From NCBI RefSeq assembly GCF_006345805.1, contig NC_043006.1, positions 39,866,001 through 39,930,000 of the forward strand: a stretch of 64,000 nt of DNA, given 5' to 3'. This DNA comes from Octopus sinensis (taxonomy: Eukaryota). Position 1 is the stretch's first letter; every line of letters begins with the position of its first letter. The translations under genes were made by a program, and so were the position numbers. The notes beneath the pieces were generated by a model. The model was given only the letters and a program-made list of their open reading frames with translations. It had not been told where the DNA came from and made no database searches. Of this stretch, positions 40,901 through 54,696 are shown one piece after another.

Positions 40901-41512
40901 GCTCCTTTTAAAAACACTATGGCCATGTGCCTACGTAAGAAATCAATGTTGTGGAAGATGACATGAAAGAAAATAACAAAAATCATTGCCAGCAATTCTT
41001 TTAGCAAATTGTGGTGTATGCACTTTAATGTTGGTCCTATTTCGAGATATATGTAAGGAGCGAAATATCAACAGCATCTAGATAATTTTATTTTTTATTA
41101 TATCATTAATATAGCAATGGAGTCGACTGATAGAAAGTTTATTGATTCAGATTGTCTGCAAGGATTTTTGGCACGTTATCTCTAATTCTTTATGTATTTG
41201 TGATTTCCATTCTATATTTCTATCTTTTCCTGTCTTATTTTTGTTTATGTGTACACATTTTTATGAATGAGTACGCGAATACATTCATTCATACACACAC
41301 ATGCAAACATCCCCATCCTATATATACGATTGTGGTAGTATGTATATATGTGTGTATATATATATCTGTATGTGTGTGTATTATTTATGTGTATATATAT
41401 AAATGTATATATATATGCATATATACATGCAACATGCCTACATACGTACACATTACTCTATATTACATACGTTTACTAAATATAAGTATATATATATATA
41501 TTTATATAGATT

Positions 41513-41573
<61 letters not shown>

Positions 41574-41743
41574 TGAGAGAAAGTGAGAACGAGTGAGCAT
41601 GCAAATACAGATACATATATGAATGTGTGTGTATGTATATAAACACATATATATACATATATACGCATATATATATATATAATATATATATATATACTAC
41701 TAATGTGTATACATAATATATTTGTGTATGTGTATGTATATGC

Positions 41744-41799
<56 letters not shown>

Positions 41800-42308
41800 C
41801 ATATGTAGGAGCCTATTTGTGTATATGTATTATATAAATATTATTTTTATAAACGCACATTGTATTGACCGAAGTTATAAATCCGTTACTCGTAAATTTC
41901 CGCGTGTAATAACGTTTCGTCAGATAGCAGTTTAGCTTCAGTCAATAAAACAATTTTTACTCTTCGATGTTTCTTATATACTTTACTTCTGGTACGTTAC
42001 TACCATTGTGCTTGTATATATTCGTGTGTAGTTTCAGATACACACATACATGTCCACCAGTACGTGTGTGTATATGTATGTATGCGTGTATGTGTGCGTA
42101 TGTATGTATATATATATATATAAACAATTGTAGCGTGGAAGGTGTTTATAAGCCATTTAAGAAGCACACAAAAACCGTTAAATTCGCTGAGAGTGAACAG
42201 GTCACGGTCTCAAAGCGACGAAAATATTTTGACAGACGGAAACTGAAAGAAACCCGTCATATATATGTATATATGTTTCATATATAGAAGCTTGGTACTG
42301 ATTCCAAA

Positions 42309-42362
<54 letters not shown>

Positions 42363-42412
42363 CATACGTACATACATACATATATATATATATATAATAT
42401 ATATATATATAG

Positions 42413-43562
42413 TGTTACGGTTGGCTAAGTGCATTTCGGGTTTAATTAGTGTAGTGTTTCTGGTGACCCACATAGGAATAATGGCACCATCATGTCTGGT
42501 GAAAATGTGACAGTCTTTTGTCTAATGGAGGACTAATGGGTTTTGGAATGACCTGTGACCTCGTGCGGCTGAGAAGAGGGTCAGTGAGCAGTGAGAGAGG
42601 AGGACAGATTAGGGGAATCTAAGAGCAGATGGAGAGGGTATTGACAGTAGGAGAGAAGGACAGGCAGAGAGTATGGTGGAGCTGTCATGAGAGAGATAGA
42701 GTGTAAGACTAAGGGACAGTTAGAGAGGGTATGAGCGGTACAGAGGGAGATGAGGGAGTGGAAGAAGCACAGAGACGAAGTGAGGTCTTGGCAGTCGTTG
42801 AGCGGTCGTCGAGGAACACGGACGGACTCTGGAGGTCAGAGCGAGTGGATGGAACCTTGGATTTAAGGAGCAAGCGTTGGAATTCCTGGGAGCGAGCTGG
42901 GATGCGAGGAGGCCTAGGAGCAAGCGATTGGAATATGCACAGAGGGGAATTAGCAGAGTATTCAGAGGATTTAGCAGTATTAAGAGATGAGTGCAGAATG
43001 GGACACTGGCGATTCAGTTAGGAATTAAGGTATGTGATTTGTGTATTGAACAGTGAAGAGAAAAAGAAGGACTCTGTCGATGTAGTCGATAAAGAACATT
43101 GTGAATTGAGTAAAGGACTTGTTGAATTGTAACGTGAATTGTTGTGATACGAACATTGTATAATGTATCGAAGTGTTCTGATTGGACTGTGACGTATCGT
43201 GAACATTATTTGATCTGGACTTGTTGTGTCGTTACTGAACACTGTTATATTGTTACATGCATGTTGTTAAATGCTTTGATCTGTGGTATACCGTATGATG
43301 TATTGATTTGTTGTTTGCCTTAAATGTATTTGATGTGTAGCAATTGATTGTCGTATAAACTGTTGTTTGAATATAAGCCAGTGTTGCCAGTTGTTGCCTT
43401 TCCTCTTTGGGTTGTATCTCGGGTTGTGCCTCTGTATCTCTGTGCTGCTGCGGTTGTGGCAGTATCTATCTGTATCTCCTCTCTCCGCCTCTTTGGGCTC
43501 CGTGGCGGAACTTGTGTGAGCCGTTCGGGACGGGCGACGACGGGTGATTCCGTTTCGTAACA
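42413..43562. mobile_element. Probable solo LTR (~1150 bp) in an (AT)n tract
   Basis: Begins TGTTACG, ends CGTAACA (TG...CA with 7-bp inverted termini); non-coding, GC-richer than flanks; (AT)n on both sides. Confidence 0.7.
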
Positions 43563-43599
43563 ATATATATATATATATATATATATGCATACATACATA

Positions 43600-44424
43600 T
43601 ACATATATATGGAAGTGGTCTAACGATTGGGACCTGTGTCTGAACGTGTCAAAGTGCTGTCATCTGCCTGTCGGCTCTACTCCTGCAACTCAACTTGATT
43701 TCGAGCCGGGTCGTCTGCTGCTGGAGAGGACCGATCAGGTAAAGGACCTGGGTATCTTGGTGGATTCCTCCTTTTCGCCTCGGCCCAGTGCGTCCATGCT
43801 GCCAACAAAGCACGCGGAATTCTGTTCTTGATTCGACGGTCATTCGGAATGCTCACAGCAGCCATATTCCTACCACTCTATGTCACGCTGGTGAGACCCA
43901 TATTGGAGTATGGGATTCAAGATTCTTCTCCTTATCTCCTCAAAGACATACAGCATCTCGAAAGAGTCCAGAAGCTGGCTACCCGCATGGTTCATGGTCT
44001 CAAAAATTTGTCCTACGAAGAAAGGCTGAGGACGCTCGACCTTTATTCTCTTGAAAAACGCCGCCGCCGTGGTGATCTCATTCTCGCCCACAACATCATA
44101 AGCGGAAAGTGTAACCTCTCGAAAGAGCTGTTCTTCACTCCTGCTCCAGAGCGTCGGCTGCGGGGTCATTCCGAAAAGCTCTACCTGCGACGATTTCATC
44201 TCAATCGAAGGAGAGGAGCTTTCTCCGTCCGGGTTGCGGATCCGTGGAACAAGCTGCCAGACGAGATGGTGAAGATACCGACGACCGCTTTGTTCAAAGC
44301 CTCCCTGGACCTCAAGTGGCCTGAACTCTTTACATGAACACCACCCTGTACTTAACTCCATGTCCCCCTACATGGCCTTGCTATTTGCTTTTGAGCCAAA
44401 TTAACTAACTAACTAACTAACTAA
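43600..44424 (+). mobile_element. 5'-truncated CR1-clade LINE (RT C-terminal region, 3' UTR, (TAAC)n tail)
   Basis: ORF 43828-44337: LYVTLVRPILEY...LERVQKLATRMV.GL..LSYEERL..LDLYSLEKRRRRGDLI...RGH...FSVRV..WNKLP; upstream DQVKDLGILVD in another frame; taactaac tail at 44402-44424. Confidence 0.92.
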
Positions 44425-44659
44425 CATATATACATATATACATTATATACATGTATGTGTTTGTGTCTGCCTGTCTGCGTATCTTTCTATTTGTATTTTT
44501 CTCCTCACTGTTTTAGAACCAGTATTGGGTTGTTTACGTCCCTGTGAACAGTTCGGCGAAAGTTAAGTACCAGGCCTTAAAATATGCAGCAGTGTCGATT
44601 TGTTCGACTAAAGCTCTTCAGGGCTGCAGTCAAGTGACGGAAACAAATTTCAGACGAAA

Positions 44660-45270
44660 AATAAATGGAACACAATGAAATATTATAGATACCAGATGCC
44701 ATATCTATTAAAGCAGGAGTATTCCAAGGGGACACAACCTCTCTACCTTTTCTCTCCTCCAACGTTGACATCGTTAACAAGCATGCAACACCTTAATGGA
44801 CAGCAAATACAAATACTATTGCAATAGATTTCAGATGTATGCAGCAAATAACAAATAATTAGAAACGCAGTTACGTAAATTGAAAATAGTCTGATGGGAA
44901 ATTAGATTAAAATCTAGTTTAGAAAACTGCACCAAAGCAACCTTCAAGTGATGAAAATTAGCAAAAACTATTCCTATCGCGTCAGATAAGGAAGAGAGAT
45001 ATAAGAATTAGGCCAAACACAGGCTTACAGATACTTAGGAATTAATGAGGTAGACAGAATACAATACCCAAATACTAGCAGAAGCTTGAAAAAATATAGA
45101 TGTATAAGACTAATACTTAAAACTGAGTTAAATGCGAAAAACAAGATAATAGGTATCCATACTCTCGCTGTTTTTGTAATTAGTCATCAGTACAACGTTT
45201 TCAATTGGAAACTAAATGAATTAACAAGATTACATAGGAAAATAAGTAAAATAATAAGTGTACTTCGAAG
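44660..45270 (+). pseudogene. Decayed R4/Dong-type non-LTR retrotransposon RT fragment
   Basis: IKAGVFQGD (GIFQGD-like), YRYLGINE, LILKTELNAKNKI.GI.TLAV, with frameshifts and stops. Confidence 0.75.
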
Positions 45271-45365
45271 GTAGCACGTAAATAACTATAGATAAAATTA
45301 GAAAATTATATATACTGTGAACACAAGGACGTATTCTTATATATGTATATTGATAGATACATACA

Positions 45366-45401
<36 letters not shown>

Positions 45402-45561
45402 CATGCATACATACATGCAGACAAACATATACATATATACACATGTATATATGTATGCATATAGATATATATGTATATACATATATATACGTACATGCAT
45501 ATAAATGTACATGTATGTATACATGTACGTATGGACATATAAATATTTGCATATGTATACG

Positions 45562-45598
<37 letters not shown>

Positions 45599-45924
45599 CT
45601 GTGTGTGTGTGTGTATGTATGTGTGTGTGTGTGTGTGTGTGAGTATATGCGTATAGAAGTATGTATGTGTAGTGTAGGAGTAAAAAATATATGTGTATAT
45701 TGAGCAAAGATAAATAGAATCTAACAGAAATAACTACAAAATATGAACCGAACAAAAGTCTGGTTTCTACCCTTAGGGAAACCAATATATATAGAACAGA
45801 GGCAGAAGTAACAACAGACATCAGTAATTAAAACAGAAAAACGGGAACAGAAAGATTCAGAATATAACGAGACCAAATTAGAAAGAGGATTTCAAAATTC
45901 CATCCTGAAATATTCTTTCTATTC

Positions 45925-46122
45925 TAGGCACAGGGCCCGAAATTTTGGGGGAGGGAATCAGTCGATTAGATCGACCCTAGTACGCAACTGGTACTTAATT
46001 GATTGACCCCGAAAAGGCAAAAGGCAAGGTCTACCTTGGTGGAAATTGAACTCAGGACGTAAAGACAAACGAAATACCGCTAAGGCTGTCGCCAGGCGTG
46101 CTAACGTTTCAGTCGGCTCGCC
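45925..46122 (-). mobile_element. SINE family B
   Basis: gaccccgaaaagg...ggaaattgaactcaggacgtaaag...gtgctaacgtttc...ctcgcc. Confidence 0.8.
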
Positions 46123-46279
46123 GCCTTTCCATACCGAAATATTGACAAGGAAAGCTTCTATATTCTTGTATATGGCCAATGCCCAGCTGGGTGATACGGA
46201 AGCAAATGACAGCAAACATTCGGTGTTGATATTGATTGAATTTTTCATTGAAGTTAAATATAGGTGCAGAAGTGGCATA

Positions 46280-46704
46280 GGTGCAGAAGTGGCTGTGTGG
46301 TAAGTAGCTTGCTTACCAACCACATGGTTCCGGGTTCAGTCCCACTGCGTGGCATCTTGGGCAAGTGTCTTCTGCTATAGCCCCAGGCCAACCAATGACT
46401 TGTGAGTGGATCTGGTAGACGGAAACTGAAAGAAGCCCGTCGTATATATGTATATATATATATGTGTGTGTGTGTGTGTACGTGTTTGTGTGTCTGTGTT
46501 TGTCCCCCCCCCCAACATTGCTTGACAACCGATGCTGGTGTGTTTATGTCTCCGTAACTTAGCGGTTTGGCAAAAGAGACCGATAGAATAAGTACTGAGC
46601 TTACAAAGAATAAGTCCCGGGGTCGATTTGCTCGTCTAAAGGCGGCGCTCCAGCATGGCCACAGTCAAATGACTGAAACAATTAAAAAGAGTAAAAAAAA
46701 AGAG
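46280..46704 (+). mobile_element. SINE family A, young-looking, with duplicated 5' tip
   Basis: taggtgcagaagtggc repeated at 46261 and 46278; full body and tail. Confidence 0.9.
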
Positions 46705-46791
46705 TATACGGGTGACACAAAACTCATAAGCACTCTGTAAATATCTGATACATTGCTTAAAACTCATCGAAATCAATTAATAATAATAATA

Positions 46792-46837
<46 letters not shown>

Positions 46838-46838
<1 letters not shown>

Positions 46839-47700
46839 GTGTTGAAAACTCGCGGCTTGTTTTCCTGGGTATGATGGAAAGTATCAGCTGTCCACAGCCA
46901 GCAGACTAAGATGACACTGGTCATGCTTCAAGAACTCTGCGCACAATTCTTGCAGTTTCAAGCAATGGAAATGTTTGTTGGTGTTCTACTTCTACATTTG
47001 CAGCTATCATTTTGAGGCATGTTAGTAGTTCAGTGCTGATACATCCAAATGTACCAATTACTATTGGCATCACGTCTACTCTTATCTTTGACCACAAACT
47101 TTGTATTTCCCACTTGTTTATTTTTTTCTTATTCTTTCTCTTTGATCCTGCTCTCACCGGGACATGCAATGTCGGTTATCATGCATGTTCTTTCCTTTTT
47201 ATTTGACGCAACAATGCCCGGTTTCCAATGTCTGAACAGGCGATTGCACTGAATCATTGCATCCCACAAGATTTTGCAATTCTCATTCTCGGTGACTCCT
47301 TCTGGGGATTGCTCATACCGCATCTTTGCCCTTTGTGGACCCTGATTTCCACAGAGCTCCCAATGAATCATTCTTGCCATAGTGTAATGGCGTCTTTTGT
47401 ATTCGCGTTGTGCCAATCTCGGGCATTCGCTAATGATATGCTATACCGTTTCACCCCTCTCACTACACATTCTACGTTTGTCGCTATCGGTGTTGTTATC
47501 TATGCTGCACTTCACATAGTTAGTCCGTAACGCTTGTTCTTGAGCTGCGCGTATGAGTGCTTCTGTCTCTATCTTCGGGTCACTCCTCCTCATCCATAGC
47601 TACCGACCTTCTGTATCTTTTTTGGCGTTCATATCTCTTGCAAACAGTCCGCACACTTTTTTCCTTCCATGCTGTTTTTCACTTTGTGTACTTTTCCGCT
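46838..47700 (-). mobile_element. R4/Dong-type retrotransposon 3' fragment (zinc knuckle plus restriction-like endonuclease), decayed
   Basis: ETEALIRAAQEQALRTNY...RMCSERGETV*HIISECPRLAQREYKRRH...IHWELC...KILWD...DIACP...PIVIG; ends at (TAA)n 46778-46837. Confidence 0.85.
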
Positions 47701-47720
47701 TCAAATTTATTATGATAACA

Positions 47721-48280
<560 letters not shown>

Positions 48281-48283
<3 letters not shown>

Positions 48284-48721
48284 TAGTTTTATTTTTATAG
48301 CGTGCTTTCACTTCACTACCGAGCGCAGCTCTGTGTGACTTGGGTATGTGCTGTGATTTGTTGTGATGCTCTGATGGTTATTGTATGGAAAGTGTTCTGC
48401 GTAGGATGTGTGCAGTGCCTAGTAGTGCAATTTTCTGTATGTTATATGTGTTTGTAAGTCCTGGTGTTTTTGTTATGTATTTGTCTGAATATTTTTTTAT
48501 CATGCCTAATGCACCTACTATGATAGGAATTGTTTCTGTTTTCAGGTTCCACATTCTAGTTACCTCAATTTCCAGGTCTTTGTATTTTGAGAGTTTCTCC
48601 ATTTCTTTTAGAGATACGTTGTCATCTGCCGGTATTGATACATCAATTAGAAAGCATTTTTTTTCTTCATGATCTCTGACAACTATATCTGGTCTGTTGG
48701 CCTTAATTTCTCTATCTGTGT

Positions 48722-48722
<1 letters not shown>
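48281..48722 (-). mobile_element. 5'-truncated R4/Dong-type element with an open endonuclease frame
   Basis: HTDREIKANRPDIVVRDHEEKKCFLIDVSIP...KEMEKLSKYKDL...PIIVGALG...IQKIALLGTAHILRRTLSIQ*; (TTA)n on both flanks. Confidence 0.9.
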
Positions 48723-48770
<48 letters not shown>

Positions 48771-48878
48771 GGAGTGTGGCTGACAGAATCTTTAGAACAC
48801 CAAGCAAAATGTTAAGCAGTATTTCTTTCGACTTTAAGTTGTGAATTCAAATTCTGTCAAGATCAACTTTGCCTAATA

Positions 48879-48930
<52 letters not shown>

Positions 48931-49144
48931 CTATTCATACAAATACATAGCAAAAACACCAGGACTTACAAATATATATATAACATACAGAAAATTGCAC
49001 TACTGGGCACTGCACACATCCTACGCAAAACACTTTCAATACAGTAACCATCGGAGCATCACAACAAATCACAGCACATACCCAAGGCATACAGACCTGT
49101 GCTCGATAGTGAAGTGAAAGCACGCTATAAATATAAAACTACTA
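48931..49144 (+). mobile_element. Short 3' copy of the same R4/Dong-type family
   Basis: Inverted homolog of 48281-48495; (TAA)n on both flanks. Confidence 0.85.
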
Positions 49145-49186
<42 letters not shown>

Positions 49187-49463
49187 CATACGCAGTGGTT
49201 GGCTGACTACTGAGTATTGGATATTTTTGATACTTACCACGGACTACACCCAGACAATAAATAAACACCACAAACTACGTGTAAAAAATACTTAACATTA
49301 AAAAAACCACGTAGTGATATTGTTGTTGTCATCATTATTGTGAGTACAGCATCTTCTGCTATTAGTGTTGTTGCTGTTGAAACCTAAAGAGTGCACGGAT
49401 TATATATATATACATTATATATATATATATATATATTATATATTATAATATATATATATATAT

Positions 49464-49500
<37 letters not shown>

Positions 49501-49513
49501 ATAGATATATATA

Positions 49514-49578
<65 letters not shown>

Positions 49579-49649
49579 CATATATATATACATATATATA
49601 TATTATATATATATACACACATATATATGTATATGTTTATATATATATC

Positions 49650-49683
<34 letters not shown>

Positions 49684-50852
49684 ATATTGTTGCTGTTGTT
49701 TTCTGCTTGCTTCTTTTTCTTTTGTTTTTGAAAAACTGCTGTGCTGATAGCTTTCTCTCTTCTTCTTCTTCTCCTCCTTCTTCTTCTCCTTCTTCATCTT
49801 TCCTCCTTCACTAGTTTTCGTACCTAATGAAGCAATTATTATTATTTATTTAAAGTTTTTAAAATAATTTGAGAACCGAAGAAGAGGAGATAAGAGAGAA
49901 CAGAAAGATGGGAGAGAAAGAGAGAGAGAGAGAGGGGGTGAGAGAGAGGGTTGGGTAGGAAAAAATGTGAAGTGGAATATACTTGGAATTTCAGTCAGAG
50001 GGCTGCTCTTCCAGATAACTTTGTCTCATCCAATACAAACCATCGACCTAGAGAGATAACGCACTTGAAGCTTGCCTAATGAGAACTACAAGTTGTCTAA
50101 TCTAATCTAGAATCGGAACATTTAAGACATTTTCAAATATTAGATTTGCTTTATCTAAAAGCACAAAAAAATTATAAATTAATAAAATATTTCCGATTAC
50201 AAAATGAAGCTTCGAAATATAGAGAAATGAGTTTTATTTAATAATTTAACAATATTTTTCTTTTTCTTTTTTTTTCATTCATGTATTTCATGATTTATTA
50301 GAATTCTTTAGAACACGTTTCATTTCCTCGATTCATTTTTCCTGAAGAGTATCAAGATATGGTAATGTTTTAACGCCTGCAGAATATTATTTTCAATCAG
50401 TGTAATTTTAATAAGATGATACTGAAAATAAAATAAAAAACATTCTATTTTCTTTGTGAACCGGAAGTAAATAGTCTCCTCAAAAAATTAAAATACAAGA
50501 AATCTTGAAAAAGGATTTTCCGTTCTCTATTATACTTCGTTTTATCTAGAATCCTTTTTCGCGTTTTTCATTAAATTATTTCATTCTCTGTTATTCTTCC
50601 TGACTGTTAGTTCCATAAAGCCGATACGCGGTGGTGGTGGTGTGGTGGTGACAGAGCCAGAGTAACGACGCAAGTGTAAACAAGTGTATTCTGTGTAACA
50701 TCGTGCGGGGTTTGGCTAGCAACGTAAGTATGACATCGTAAAATAACGAATAAGATTCATCTCACGATTTTATATAAATAAACAAATCGTTTCAGGGTAT
50801 ATACACAGAAAAACATTTTATTTTTGTCCATGAATATTGATGGTTGTTGATA

Positions 50853-50907
<55 letters not shown>

Positions 50908-50928
50908 ATATATATATTATATATGTAT

Positions 50929-50974
<46 letters not shown>

Positions 50975-50991
50975 GATAGATAGATATATTG

Positions 50992-51066
<75 letters not shown>

Positions 51067-51519
51067 GGATATAAATACTTATATATATATATATAAATGT
51101 TATACGTTTATATATATATATATATATATATATATGGTATATATAAACACATAAATACGTATGTATATGTATATACCAATATATATGCACACATATATAT
51201 ATACATAGTACCTATATGTATGCATGTATGTATGTATTTATGTAAGTAGGTAGGTATGAACGGACGAATGTATGTATGTATGCATGTATGAAGAAAAATC
51301 AAAATATTTTCTAAGGATTTATATTCTGGAACGATTATATTCCATTTTATGCTAACATCAAGTCTGTATCAAAAGGAATTTCCATTTTTGGAAATAGAAA
51401 ATAAAAGTACGTTAATTTTGACGGCACAAAAGCGTTTTACATTCAAATGCATAAATTACCACAGATAGCAATATAACATACAGGTGTGTGCTTATGTATA
51501 TAAGTAATATTTTCTACTG

Positions 51520-51907
51520 TAAGCACGAGGCCTGAAATTTGGGGGTTGGGGGATGGAGGCAATTGGTACTTGATTTATCGGCCCCCAAAGGATGAGAGGC
51601 AAAGTGGTCCTCGGCGGAATTTGAACTCAGAACGTTAAGACAAACGAAATGCCGCTAAGCAATTCGTCCGACGTGCTAACGTTTCTTATTTCTTTACCGC
51701 CCACAAGGGGCTACATACAGAGGGGACAAACAAGGATAAACAAAAGGATTAAGTCGATTACATAGACCCTAGTATTTCACTGGTACTTAATTTATCGACC
51801 CCGACAGGATGAAAGGCAAAGTAGACCTCGGTGGAATTTGAACTCAGAACGTAAAGACAGACGAAATACAACTATGCATTTCGCCCGGCGTGCTAACGTT
51901 TCTACCA
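51520..51907 (-). mobile_element. SINE family B dimer
   Basis: Two tandem ggaatttgaactcagaacgt units ending in gtgctaacgtttc. Confidence 0.85.
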
Positions 51908-51923
51908 GTAAATGTGTGAATGT

Positions 51924-52235
51924 GCATGGTTTTAGTGGTTAGGGTATTCAGCTCACGATCGTAAGGTTGTGAGTTCAATTCCCGGCGACGCATTGTGTCC
52001 TTGAGCAAGACACTTTATTTCACGTTGCTCTAGTCCAGTCAGCAAAAATGAGTAGTATTTATATTTCAGATAGCCAGCTTTGTCACACGTTTGTCACGTT
52101 GAATCTCCCTGAGAACTATGTTAAGTGTATACGTGTCTATGGAGTGCTCAGCCATTTGCACATTAATTTCACCAGCAAGCTGTTCTGTTGATCGTATTAG
52201 GTGGGACCCTCACCGTCTTAACCGACGGAGTGCTA
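51924..52235 (+). mobile_element. tRNA-derived SINE family D
   Basis: tagtggttagggtattc...gagttcaattccc head; ttgtgtccttgagcaagacact central box; accgacggagtgct 3' end. Confidence 0.8.
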
Positions 52236-52527
52236 CTATGTAAATGTACAATACACACTGCTTCATACATATATGCATACATATTGTTTACTTTCTACTA
52301 TAAGCACACGGCCTGGAATTTTGTGTGGTAGAGGATATTCGATTACATCGATCCAAGGTGGTAGTTTATTTCAACTGGTACTTTATTTCGTCGGCCTCGA
52401 AAGGATGAAAGACGAAACCGACCTCGTTGGGATTTAAAGTTAGAATGTAAAATATTAAATAAATATTCATTGAATTTAACACGTGTTCCAATTATTTTCT
52501 CCAATCCCAGTATAAACACACATATAT

Positions 52528-52803
52528 CCTAGTGGTTAGGGCAGCGGACTCGCGGTCGCAGGATCGCGGTTTCGATTCCCAGACCAGGCGTTGTGAGTGT
52601 TTATTGAGCGAAAACACCTAAAAGCTCCACGAGGCTCCGGCAGGGGGTGGTGATCCCTGCTGTACTCTTTCACCACTCTTTCTCCCACTCTTTCTTCTGT
52701 CGGCCTGCTCGCTTAGCCAGCGGGGTGGCGTCATTCGAAGGCTAAAACAATGCGAACGCATTGTGACCAGCGATGTGTAACTACATCTGATGGTCTGATC
52801 GGT

Positions 52804-52812
<9 letters not shown>
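52528..52812 (+). mobile_element. SINE family C
   Basis: Matches 33790-34088. Confidence 0.85.
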
Positions 52813-52855
<43 letters not shown>

Positions 52856-54624
52856 TTCTAATTACAGAAGATTATTTTTCAAAAACTTTCATGAAGTGGC
52901 CAGCTTATTCAAATACCTTTTAAGGTGAAAATTATATACAATTATAAACAATATACATCACTGATGTATGCTGTATGTGGTGTTTGACGGTTTAAAGTCT
53001 ATTTATCAGCATATTGGCATAGCCATTTTTATCACCAATGACGACACCGGTTTGACTTTGAATCTTTTTAACAATTCAAAATAATGAATTTAATTCCTCT
53101 TAATTCTACCTCAGTTCATCTAATTGTATTTATTTATCGCTACATTTCATTAAAAAAGCCTTTTTTTATATTCAATGCGCATTTTCGCTTTTGTCTTCTT
53201 ACTTTCCCCATATGTTTTCCACGTGTAGTTTCTATTTTCCTTTTGAAACATATTTCTGTTGTGTGTGTGTGTGGTGTGTGTGTGTGTGTAGTAGATATAT
53301 GCAAGACTTATCAAACTTTTGAAAGGAAAATCTATTTTTGTTATATACAGTCCAATGATGGAGTTCTGTATCTTTGTTAGAAACCATCTACTTACACATA
53401 GTAAGACTTTAAATAATTAAAAACAGAAGAGAACGTACATATATACATCCATCTTTATTTGGACATTTCTTCATATTAATAAACATCAATGTGACACCAT
53501 CGAAAAGCTAGAGCGTCAACATTTCAGTGGACAGCTCATGTCTACTCTCGCCTTCTTGTCAGTCACACAAACAAACTAAACTTCACACAGCTACCTCATT
53601 TCATGAATATTTTTCTACTTGCATTCAAAATCAGTTCACCTCTTTCACAACATTCATTAAATTTTTCTATTAATACCACATTCATGACCAATTTTGACTT
53701 TATCTTTGACCATTCAATGATTGCCATTCATAGTTCTCTCTTATAAATCGCTTGCCTTATCTATTGACCCCTAGAGATCATTGCAGTTGTGGGTGGTAGG
53801 GAACTATGCCCTCGTTTCGCCAGAATAAGGGTGATTGTCTCCCACGTATTTTCACCCAAGCTTCACAATTCTCTCTCTCACTCGTTCGCTGACATTCACC
53901 CTCTCATTTCTCTTTGAAACGCTCTCTCATCTCTCATATACATATGTATTCTTATATTAATATACATAATATGGCAGCAGTGCCGCCAAGTATACACATA
54001 CGTTATTTTGGGTATGAAACAGACTCTACGAAACTTTTATTGTCTCGTGTAAATTATGAACTATTTCATATTTATATTTCCACCGACTTTCACAGACACA
54101 GACGAATTGGTACTGTACACAGTAAGCTGAGAACTCTTCGAAGATGCAGTTATCCTGCTGCATGCACACTCGCACAGGAACACACACATGCATACATAAA
54201 CTGCGTAAAAAAACGCACAGTATCGACACGTGTTTATGTTCTCAACACACGTTGAGAACATACACGTTTTTTGTTTTTTGTTTTGCATCAGATTTTTGAG
54301 TGCTATTCCTTTAAGATTCGCCATGTTCTAGACATTTGGAAACTTTTGCAGTTATATTTCATTGATGTATTTTGGAATCCTTCATAATCTTTAGTGGTTT
54401 AGTGCATTCTCTCTCTAAAGGAACTTGTTCTGTAGCACCATTGTTATTCAGTTAATCATAATTACAAGGAATAAAAAATGGCCATCGCAATAGCTTCTGG
54501 ATTTTCTTTTAGAATTTCTTCATTCATCATTCCTCAAATTTCCATACCAAAAATGTTTTCAGGTATTAAGCTGAGATCTAATCTTATCAAAGATGGATAA
54601 AACAACTAGGTCGCAGACACTCAC

Positions 54625-54696
54625 CTCGTCAAAATAACCCATCAAAATAATGAGTTGTTTTAATGGATCATTAGTATCCAGCATACTGCAGAGTCT
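54625..54696 (-). CDS. Candidate 72-nt phase 0-0 exon, RLCSMLDTNDPLKQLIILMGYFDE, product unknown
   Basis: ctactaatttcccacag acceptor, GAG|gtgagt donor, and only one frame open; no partner exons confirmed. Confidence 0.3.

Noticed and set aside
43267-43604. ORFs of 94-107 aa
   Set aside because: They lie in the non-coding solo LTR and start in (AT)n.
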